This document shows positions 1-37,649 of a stretch of DNA of 64,000 nucleotides, one piece after another. This DNA comes from Chrysomallon squamiferum. Its lineage: Eukaryota; Animalia; Mollusca. How positions within the stretch are numbered: position 1 is the stretch's first letter; every line of letters begins with the position of its first letter. Location: contig CM022674.1 in NCBI GenBank assembly GCA_012295275.1, forward strand, positions 14,446,001 to 14,510,000, in the 5' to 3' direction. The notes below the pieces were generated by a model, which made no database searches, was not told the origin of the DNA, and saw only the letters and a program-made list of their open reading frames with translations. Both the position numbers and the translations under genes were made by a program.

Positions 1-191
1 TGCTGGAAATGATAAGGTGTGGTTGTGCTACGGATGTACCCTGTTCGACTGCAATGTGTGGATGCTATAAAGCTCACTTGCCATGTACAATGTTTTGTGG
101 ATGTCACGGAGAAGCACACTGCCGGAATGAGCATCCCCGACGGGTTGATGACTGTGACAATGTTGTTGAAAGTGACTTGTTTGAGGACTGA
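1..191 (+). CDS. C-terminal fragment of a transposon-encoded protein with a Cys8/CXC zinc finger
   Basis: Frame is open from the window edge (LEMIRCGC...) to TGA at 189-191, with CxC-x4-C-x4-CxC-x6-C-x3-CxC spacing. Confidence 0.6.
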   Translation, partial: LEMIRCGCATDVPCSTAMCGCYKAHLPCTMFCGCHGEAHCRNEHPRRVDDCDNVVESDLFED

Positions 192-629
192 GTCAAATCA
201 GTAATGGCAACATGCATCAGCATAAGTAAAGGGGATGTTCTGTAACGACTCGGATATGCACTGAAGTTGATTTTTGCATATTTTGCAGAAAATATTGGTG
301 TGATCAATACTGTAATGGTTTAATCTGATTCTTTACCCCTAAAAACATGTGTATAGACCCAAAATTATTTTGATACCATGTGTAGTTACTGAGATATTGA
401 CGAAAACGAGATTTTCAGTAATGGCAGCCTTAATATGCCTATTCAGAACAAAATATTGGTATGATCTTGACTGAAATGGCGGCCTTAATTTGCATATTGT
501 GCGGATTGCCCAAGGATGACAGAGTGGCATCATTCAGATTCTTAAAGAGCACATCTCGGAGGTATAGAAACAGCAACAAAACTTTGTACGGACCGCAATG
601 CACGCTTATCAGTCCCTGCCACCGGACTA
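1..629 (+). mobile_element. 3' end of a probable Academ-type DNA transposon (Cys-rich C-terminus plus right terminus ending CCACCGGACTA)
   Basis: The reading frame ending at 191 encodes CGCATDVPCSTAMCGCYKAHLPCTMFCGCHGEAHCRN, an 8-Cys CXC-like zinc finger typical of the C-terminus of Academ transposase/XPG proteins. The segment is more GC-rich than the flank and ends in CTA (627-629), matching Academ 5'-TAG...CTA-3' termini. The left end lies outside the window, so TIR and TSD cannot be verified. Confidence 0.6.
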
Positions 630-1130
630 TTACGTGTTTTTGCCTCATTTCAAAAGGAGTCTAGTTACGGACATAGAAGTGTTTTAAATTAATACCTTTT
701 TATCATGCTGCATCTTATAACTGTTTTGTTTCTTATATGTTCAGTATGGACTGAAAATTGTTATTTGTTCAATGTAAATAATATTTTAACCTTTCAAGAA
801 CACCGCACACAAGAACCATCCAGATTTTTTCTACTGCACCTATATACACTCACTATTCAACATTATAATTATGTTATAATTATATCAAAGACGGAATGAA
901 GGGAATTAAAAACTTTTAATTTAAAAAAAGAAATAATGCTTACACCGAAGAGCTGAAACAAAATAAAGACCTAAGATTTTATCTTATTTGCTTGCCGATA
1001 AAGGCGAATTAGGAAAATAATCACTACAAGTCCACATTTTGCTGAGTAATTGTCGTGCAGAATCCCTGTTCAGTAATAACACGAATACTTCCGAATAAAT
1101 TGACAACTAAACATCGGTTAGTTCCGTATA

Positions 1131-1168
1131 TTTTGGCGCGAAATCCGGTGTCATCATAAGGCGCCAAA
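1131..1168 (+). promoter_or_regulatory. E2F-binding sites in the PCLAF promoter
   Basis: TTTTGGCGCGAAA (1131-1143, overlapping two-way E2F site) and GGCGCCAAA (1160-1168) lie 30-65 nt upstream of the ATG. PCLAF is an established E2F target in mammals. Confidence 0.7.
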
Positions 1169-1196
1169 TGTGTAGAGAGTTTATCAGTAGCAGAAG

Positions 1197-4107
1197 ATGG
1201 TTCGTACGAAAGCAGATGGGTGCGCGGCAGCTAGGAAAGGTAAACTAAAATGAATAAATTCATTTAGTATTTAGATTAAGATTTAATGAAATACTTGAGG
1301 AAAATGTGTCCGAACGAAGGGAGTGATGTTTGCCGTAACTGTCTTGCGGATGGATCATGATACTGATAGTGATAATGATATGATGATTAGATATGCATTG
1401 ATAAGGATCAAGATGATGAAAGATGGTTAGTAGGAAGACGCTGTCAGTTGACGATTGTTTGAAATATTAAATTAATTAAAATATTTTTAAAAATTTTCTT
1501 TTTAATTCCAGTGATATTTTAATGTAAGGACTTGTTTGTTTAGGCGTTTTGTTTAAATGTTTGATTACACATTAACTTGAACAATAACAATTTAACATAC
1601 ATCTACGATTGTTCAGTCTGAAATTAATATTGATGATACATGAAGTTATGGTAATTTTACTTTTTTTATTTTTTATTTTTTTTTTGTAATTAGGACTCAG
1701 TCTACAATTTTGTAGTAATGTACTTGTAACACTACTTCAAATAGGGAAAGTACAGTTCAGTGGTAGTTCTGATTTATACTTCAGATGTTATTAATAACAT
1801 TTACAAGCTTAAAAATTTTAGAAATAATTATTTTAAGTCACTAGATGATTAAATATATCATGTTGCATTCATTTATTAAACCTTTTTTTAATTTTTTTTT
1901 AATTTTTTTTTTTTCCCCAATAATCATATAATGGTATACAAATCACTGCCTTCATAAAAATACATTCCAGCAGAAGGTGCCCTCATAACATGAGCATCCT
2001 GCACTCACATCTTAGCTAGAACTTTGTCAGTTACCCATAATCCTCAATTTTCAGTGTAATAAAATTTAGTTTTACAAGTAATGAAAATAAGTGTATGATA
2101 GTGTGATTTTCTTATACCTAGTATTTATTGTTAACTTATTGTGTATGATTTATTAACTAGTTTATCAAATAAATTTCAGTTCAGTTTACTGGTATCAGTA
2201 AATGTTAATTATCAGGTGTGGGTTGTTTAAACACTGAACACAAATGCATTCATGTTTTAAAGAAATGAAAAGTTTTATTTTATTTTTATTACAGTTGTTG
2301 CTCAAGTTTTAATAAAATGAAAAGTTTTATTTTTTGTTAAAGTTGCTACTCAAGTTTTAATAAAATGAAAAGTATTATTTTATTTTTGTTAAAGTTGCTA
2401 CTCAAGTTTTAATAAAATGAAAAGTTTTATTTTATTTTTGTTAAAGTTGCTACTCATTTTAATAAAATGAAAAGTTTTATTTTATTTTTGTTAAAGTTGC
2501 TACTCAAGTTTTAATAAAATGAAAAGTTTTATTTTATTTTTGTTAAAGTTGTTACTCAAGTTTTAATAAAATGAAAAGATTTATTTTATTTTTGTTAAAG
2601 TTGCTACTCAAGTTTTAATAAAATGAAAAGATTTAATTATTTTTGTTAAAGTTGCTACTCAAGTTTTAATAAAATGAAAAGATTTAATTATTTTTGTTAA
2701 AGTTGCTACTCAAGTTTTAATAAAATGAAAAGTTTTTGTTTATTTTTGTTAAAGTTGTTGCTGCTCGAGCTCCAAGGAAAAGTTTAGGAAGTTCAAACTC
2801 AGTCTCAGGTAGCAGCAGTTCAGGGGAATCCCCTTCAGGTGCGTCTTAATCACTGTTCAGTTACATCATCAGACATCTTTAGTTTCAAAATCAGAATAAA
2901 AAGACAGTCTACTAATTACACATTTCATTGTAAACAGCCAGAATAATCAGCATTGTAGTTACTAATAGCTCATCCTTTTCTCATTTACATTTATCAAATA
3001 CTGTATATATATTGTTTGATGATTATAACTTTAAATTATACTTTTAATTTAAAAAAGTAATAATAATTTTTGGTTATACCTGTAAGAAACATTTTTCAGG
3101 AAGAAATACTTAACACTTAAAGAAAAAATACTACTATTATTAGTTACTAATACTATATAAAATAGGACACTTTGATCTTCAGATCTCATCAACAGTATGT
3201 GAGATAAATTTAAAAGAAAGCAAAGGAATAATGTTTTAAATTCATAAATATTATTATTATAACACTGAAGTAAATAATTTTTTTAGGAAAAGGTAAATTT
3301 GCGGGTGGGAACCCAGTCTGCCCGAGACCGACGCCTGAATGGCAGAAAGGAATCGGGGGATTTTTGGTGAAAACGAATCGAGACAAAGAAAACATTTCAA
3401 CAGAGGAAGCTGACCCAGGGTCATCCAGTGATATCCAGTGCATGGAGCAGATGTCAGGGTGAGGTTGTCATGGTGACAAGTTTATTACCAATAAATACCA
3501 TTCCTTTTTAAAATCTGATAAACAGTGTCAGTTAATATATATTTGCTCTTAAAGGTAGATATAGAGATTTTTGTTAAGTTAATATTTTTCTGCTCTGTTC
3601 TTAGATATTTCAGATCAGGAATAATAAATTCAGTATCTAACAGCTTGCTGGTGGTAATTGTTTTACTTAAAGACCAAAATGATTATTTTATCTACTGCCA
3701 GAAAACATTAATAACATGTTAAATTTTTATTTTAAAAGGTATTCAAAATGTTGAATTAAAACTGATAAAACAGTCATTTTATCTTTTATTTTTTTGCTGA
3801 ATTAATTCAAAGTTATTATTCTTCTCTATCATTTGCACCAGTCAAACAGTTCTATACTGAAATATTTACAAAGCAATTTCAATAAGAAACACAAAGAATA
3901 TTTAAGTATTAATGTTATCAGGATTTTCATATTTGGTTTGAAAAAAATTCAGTGTGATCATCTATAAGCTGGTTTTTTTTTTTTTTTTTTTTTATATATA
4001 TCTGTTATGTTCATCTGTTTTTTAAATATCAGTAATTGAAATTTAACTTTTATTTTACATTTATTTATCTTTTTTTTAGGGCATCAGTGTCAAGTAAAGA
4101 AGATTGA
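1197..4107 (+). CDS. PCLAF: PCNA-associated factor PAF15/KIAA0101, about 108 aa, 4 coding exons
   Basis: Exons 1197-1239, 2755-2838, 3287-3458, 4080-4107, all GT-AG and phase-consistent. Translation MVRTKADGCAAARKVVAARAPRKSLG...KFAGGNPVCPRPTPEWQKGIGGFL...DKEN contains the H3-tail-like N-terminus, PIP box QKGIGGFL and a KEN box. Confidence 0.95.
2262..2762 (+). repeat. About 52-bp minisatellite, ~10 copies, containing the PCLAF exon 2 splice acceptor
   Basis: Unit AATAAAATGAAAAGTTTTATTTTATTTTTGTTAAAG|TTGCTACTCAAGTTTT. The last copy runs directly into exon 2 at 2755. Confidence 0.9.
3464..3477. promoter_or_regulatory. RFX X-box-like palindrome GTTGTCATGGTGAC
   Basis: Close match to GTTNCCATGGNAAC. 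It sits in PCLAF intron 3, about 1.8 kb beyond the 3' end of the ciliary gene CPLANE2. Function untested. Confidence 0.35.
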
Positions 4108-5271
4108 TTGTTTTATTTTGACATCTGCCAGATTTGTTCTGTGTAATCTAAACAACCAGCTGTTTCTAGGGTGGATCTTGTTTGTTCTGCTCTAGAATAC
4201 TACCAAACACTGCCGTCATGTACATAACATTTTATGTTACTTCTGTGTGTGTGTGTGTGTGTGTGTGTGAAATGTTGGAGCTTATATATTTGTGTGTTTG
4301 TGTTTCAAGTATTTACTGTTTAGTTTAACTGGGCATTGATTATATTGGGTGAATGCTACCATTTTTTTTTTTTTTCATAATTTCAATTTTTTAATTTAAG
4401 TGATTTCCACTTTCTTCATCTGAAATGTGTAATTTATTGGTAGTCACAAAAATATAAAATAAATTTTCTTTTTATTTCTATCAGAACTCAATGTTTAATA
4501 TATATTAGCAATGAAAATGTGTGAATTTTTGTGTTCTGTACAACTGTCATTATTTTATTTGAAGTTTTCTTTATGGTGCTGTATTTAAATTAAGATGTAA
4601 CAATGTTGTTGGTTCTCTCACTTCATTCCAGATAATTTAAACTTTCAGTAAAGTTAAAAAAATAAACTTGACTCTTGTCTTTGGAACTGAGTGAATGGAC
4701 TTGATGTTAAGAATTTTGTGAGTAGTTTCAACAATCTTTTTTGTTATTTCATTGTATTTACACTCCCATTTCTTTAGTGCCTTTGTGTATATAATAAAGT
4801 TTTTAATGTTATTACATTCAATTGTTTTTGTTTTTTCAGAAAGAAAAATATTTTCTGTGTTTTTCCCATCATGTATTCAGGAAAAGAATTATTAAATATT
4901 TTGACAGTAACAAATATTTGTCATATTTTTGAAAGCAAAAAAAACATGTTTCTTTATAATGTGTTAAATTTTATTCAAATTTTCTATTATATACCTTTAA
5001 CATATCAATATGTTACAAAACTGCAGTTAATTATTATCACCACTTTTCAGGAAAAGTTTTTTTTTTTTTTTTTTTTTTAAATCAATATTCATGTTCACCA
5101 GCTGAAAAGACGATAAAAGCTATTTAATGACTTCTGTTTATTCCCAAATTAAGAGAAATGGTAAAAATCTTTTTTTTAAATTTAAATTTTGTAAGCAATT
5201 TATGTTCCTGTTACAATGAAACAAAAAGAAGAAACCTGACTTAATTAATATTAAAATAGCTTCCACGTACA

Positions 5272-7291
5272 TCAGTAAAAAGCTATTTTAGTTTCAGTGT
5301 TTTCCTGTGAAGCTGTTTTTACATCTTTTTGCCACAGATGTTCACAGATTATGTTTAGTAATGGAATAATCTCTGACAGTTCGTTTCGTGTTTCTGTCGG
5401 GTGATAATCAGAAACATTTCTGATCTTGAGGATGGGGATTTTCCAGTCACTTTCAAAGTTTCTGATGTCTCGCTGAGTGATTTCACTGTGAGCATGCTGG
5501 TCAAATCTTTGTTATTGTAAAGGAATCATCAGACAAACTCAAGATTGTTTTGTGTACAATGAAAATCAAAAATACTGAAGTGATTGTGTCTTTATTTTCA
5601 AAATTACTTTATAAGAAAATTATTATTTTGATTAATAAATTGATGAAATGAATTAACTGTTTAAAGAAACTCTAGATATAATTATAAATTACATTTTTAT
5701 CTCATTACAGGTCAGTTTCTCATAAACACATAATGTAGTGGAATAAATGTGTGTGGATGGTCATACATAAATGAATACTGGTATTTCTTATTAACAGAAA
5801 CTCGCACAAGTAGTAAATATAAAAATGTAATTTTTCAAGGATACTTTGTACCAATGACAAGCTTGCAGCTTCCATCACCTGGGTTTGTCAGGCGAGTCAG
5901 AGTTTGTGGAATTTCTTCAAAACTGCTTTTATCAATGAACGAGAACAAAAACAAAATGGCATCCACCTTGTCCATGCAAGCCTATGAATAAAATATCAGT
6001 GTATTTCTTAACTATGTCTTTCTGTTTTTTCTCTGAAAACCTGACCTTTTTCTTGTTCCAACATAGTACTTCGTGAATCGATTAACAATGACATTATATT
6101 TTATTCTGTGAAAAGGTCTAACTATATATAAAAGATTCTTTGCTGCTTATTGTTAAGAATAATTCACAGACTAATAAAAACACATGTCTTTAAATTCTAG
6201 TAAAAAATGTGCCCCATGAAGTAAACATTAGTAATAAAATGCAATAAGATAAGTAAATTTGAAAAGACTGAGCTTTTCTTTACAACACCAACATTTTAAA
6301 GTTTTGGTCTGTTTCATGACACACTTTGGTAAAAATATCTTAATTTGGTTGGTATTTGTTTTTTGTGAGTGAAAAATTATTTTTTTTACCTTCTCAATGT
6401 GATCAAATTTGCGAAGTGCATTTTCTCCTGCGTCCCACAGTTGAATCTCAAAGAGAACAGTTTTGTTCAAATTAGTAATTTTACCAGGCCAAAACAATGT
6501 TGTGGTCTGAATTCCTTTAAAAAAAAAAAAAATGGTTTTTATTATGTCAACATTATTTCAAAGAACATGTATTCCTAATTACATGGGACATTTTAGATAT
6601 ACCTCACAAATATGGAAAGGAAATAGGAACTATAATTAGAAAACATTTTCATATTTTATAAAAGCAATTAAAAAATAATAATAATAATAATAAAAACTCC
6701 AGTATAATATAACAGCTAAAATTGAAGATAATGTTTTGGTAAAATAAATAAATAAATAAATAAATAACAATAATAATAATAATAATAATAACACCAAAAA
6801 ACAAACATTACATTACCATAACAGAAAAATGAAAGAAATCTTTGATTTTGTACAAACTTATAAAAAGAAATAAATAAATAAAAGTTTGGATTATTATGTG
6901 GCATATTTACCTGGGGTTTCACAGTGCATTGCTGGAATTTCATTTGCTGAAAGTTTTGCCACTGTACTCGTTTTTCCAACTCCACTTTTTCCCACAACAA
7001 AAACTTTGTATTTGACATTTTCTGGAGTCAAACTGGGTGGAAAACTGGGCCTTTCAAGTAGACCTGTGTTGTGAAAATCGTCATTTTAAACTTATATGTA
7101 TTTATCTCTGTTTTATTAAGTGCTCTATATTTTATAGCTCATTAATGGCTTTAGAATTAATAAAGTCAGTATCTAATTTGTGTTGCTTGACTGAAAGGTT
7201 CTCTGTCAGAGATAAATATGTATTTTTGTGAGTGTTTGTGTGTGGTAATAATTCAAGAAAATAAGATAAGAGTTAACTAATGTGAAAGATA

Positions 7292-7352
<61 letters not shown>

Positions 7353-7655
7353 GTGTCTTTCTCATACATAAACATAAATTAAGTAAGCATGTCTCTTCTT
7401 TATTATGACAACAGTAATGATAATATGAAGTAAGGATAGCAGTATTTGTCTAATAAAGGGAGATCATTAAATGAAAACTGTCGCTAGGGCTGCCATCATT
7501 TCAAAAATATTGTCGTATTAAGAGTAATTATTTAATTATTGTTCACCAAATGTTCTCCTTTTCTGGCCATCGCGATGAAGAAGATAACTGAGAATTTCAC
7601 GTCCTTCGTCAGTTCGAAACCAGTCAAAATTGAGAAGAGAACCTGGAGACAACAT
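5272..7655 (-). CDS. CPLANE2: Ciliogenesis and planar polarity effector 2 (RSG1, REM2/Rab-like small GTPase), about 252 aa, 5 exons
   Basis: Exons 7655-7547, 7063-6911, 6514-6390, 5981-5845, 5506-5272. Translation MLSPGSLLNFDWFRTDEGREILS...RTFGLLERP...YKVFVVGKSGVGKT...ETPGIQTTTLFWP...WDAGENALRKFDH...FLFSFIDKSSFEE...VIGTKFDQ...ICEHLWQKD matches RSG1 motifs. Confidence 0.93.
5507..5844 (-). other. U12-type (minor spliceosome) GT-AG intron in CPLANE2
   Basis: The 5' splice site is GTATCCTTG (consensus RTATCCTT). Branch site TTCCTTTAC (5525-5517) lies ~10 nt before an AAG acceptor with no polypyrimidine tract. Confidence 0.88.
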
Positions 7656-10119
7656 TACCGAGACTATCGGCCATTCGGGAAATGTCGTTTATTTTCGTGA
7701 TTTTGGCGAAAAGAACCGATTCGGACTAAAACTTTGTATAACAAAACTTTGGCATCAAATAACTCAATTCTGTGTCTAACCAAGAACAGGCAATGGGTTT
7801 TTAATAAAATCAAGAGATATCGGAGAAAATCAGTTTATTCCTCTCTTGGCGATATACAAACCTTTGAGATATTTATATTTCTTAACGTTTTTTAAAATTG
7901 TCGCCTGCTTATGAAATAACAAAAAGTAAACAACACGACAGTGTAAATGTATTTACAATTTTTAAATAATATTTTATATCATAACAATTATAGTAAATAG
8001 GTTTTTAACACTTCGGCACATTTTATTATTTTAAGATATCTGGTTAATTCGTTTTTCTTTTGAGTTTTTGCATTAATTATTTTTATTGAACAGTAGCGGG
8101 AGATCGTTTTTGTTTTATTGCAGGAACAATAATTTTTTATCTTTGATAATCAGTTACAGAGACGTCATTTTGGAGAAATGAACACAAAATCTTTTAAAGT
8201 ACTTTGAGGTCGGTTGAGTTAGCGTAATAATTACAAATTTACCAGTAATATGTGTTACATAATATAAAAACTATTTCTAAATTCATAAAACTGTATGCAC
8301 ATAAAGACACACTTTTAACGTTATTATTATTGTTGTTGTTGTTTAATGTATATTTGAACATTCTCAGTGCCAATGTAACATTAAGGATTTCTTTAAATCA
8401 GATCTTCTTACAAACAGACACATCTATCTCTGATAATAATATATAAATAACACACCAGCAATGAAAAGATATATTTATTTGCTAAATAAACATTATCTAC
8501 AATAATTGGAAAAAATCTACTCTGAGATCTGATATAATGAGACAACAATTTAATAACAAATGATAAGTTAACGATAATTTGATACACAAGTTCATTTATA
8601 TGTATATATTTCAGATTTTCTACAGTCAGACATCAACAGTAACAATCTTTTACACCCAGAATCACAAAATGTGTAAACCCAAAATATAATATTTAAAAGC
8701 CTTTAACATCAAAATTACTTAATAAATAACTGTATATACCTTTATTTTTAAGAAATTAATTGCTACACTAAAAGGAATTTTGGTTTTATAATACACTTAA
8801 TGCGAGACATAAATATTATTTTAATTTATCAAACTGAGTAATAAAGCTAAAAAATATGTTTTCTAATCCTCTCCAGTATGATTTGAAATATAAAATAGAC
8901 ACAAATACAAATGTGTATATTTTATTATTTATGATATAATAAAGTAAAAAGCTAAAAAATATAAGGCCACAGGAAAAAATTCTATAAACACGAATAATCA
9001 GTTTCAAATTGGAACAAATCTTATTTTTATAATGACAGATATATTTCATCTATTTTTAATTTTTAGATATTTTAGGGGAAAAAAAAAAAATATATATATG
9101 TATATATATATGTGTTCTATTTTGTACTTAATTTCTGAACTTAAAAAAGGGGAAAAAGTCCTCTACAATTCTCTTGAAAGAAAAAACTTATTACCATAAC
9201 AATAAAACAAAATAAAAGCAAAAATATAACAATTTATAATTTCATTATGAGTGATCAAAACCATATTTACTTTACGAGAATGTAAAATAAATTTTTCTAT
9301 TTCCAAGAATGTCATTTGAAATAATTAAGAAGCTAAATAAGTCTGAAGTTAAATAATTATATTGCTTGTTTCATTAATAAGTTGAAAATACAATGACATC
9401 AACTGTATCTAAAATGAAATAATACTTGATCACAGAACCAGACTGTTTACAAAGAAAGAACTAGCCAGTGCATAATAAATATGTAACAGGGTGTAAAAAT
9501 ATACTTGAACATAATTATTTATAAATTAAAATGTTCAGTAAATAATAAAATTCAAATAATTAAATGACTCTAAAACTAAATTTTATTTTTTGTTATAAAA
9601 CTTGATTAAAAAACCTGCCATATTTTAAATAAATATAGTTTAATAATGACTAATTATATATTTTAGTTCTCAACATTTTCAGATGATAAAATATAAAGTA
9701 TTACTTTTATTACAATAAATTATAAAATATAATCTAAATTCGTTTATATCACAGACACAGTAATCTATTTAATACAGGAATGTTAAAGATTTACAAATTC
9801 ATATATATATAGATTTTAAATTCCTATCTAAATGTAAATTTCATAGTACACACAACTAGTCAAACAATTTTGATCATTTGTATCTGTCAGTAACTTTGTC
9901 TTCTGTCAGAATTAACAGAGAAGGGAAATAACTCTAATCAAATGTAATTGCAGAAAAGAAACTAAAGAGGTCCACACTTGAAGAACAGTGCTGTAATGAT
10001 GACGTAGAAACAGCTGTCAGTCTGATGAGATGAGAATAGTCCTGTAGGTGAGTAAAGTCTGTAACTATTTCTGTAGGTGGGAAGGCTTGAAGGCAGGTCT
10101 GAAGGCAGTAATGGCAGCT

Positions 10120-37303
<27,184 letters not shown>

Positions 37304-37649
37304 TTTGCCGACAAAACACTAGCACTTCTTCTTAACGATCACTTTTTATCCAAATTCGCAGCTGCTCCGAATATTTTCAGTATGATAAAGATTATTATCC
37401 GATCGTTAATGGGGATGATACTCCATTATTTTGTTTGTAAATACGTCTGTTAAAACAATATAATATATTAATTTGATTGAAATTGTCCCTCCATCAAAAA
37501 ACTGGAACAAACACGCATGTCTCGAATCACCATCACGACAGAGAAACAACAGCTTGGAGACTGTAAACATTGTTGTCGGCTGTTTTCGTAATGTCGTGTT
37601 CGGTAAACCTCGTTTCGAAATTCACGACATCGGCTAGATTCGTCAAGTG
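37304..37649. promoter_or_regulatory. Bidirectional promoter region shared by FHAD1 (-) and PARK7 (+)
   Basis: The divergent start codons are only 346 nt apart. The region is CpG-richer than flanking introns and has a forkhead-type GTAAACA at 37563. Confidence 0.75.
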
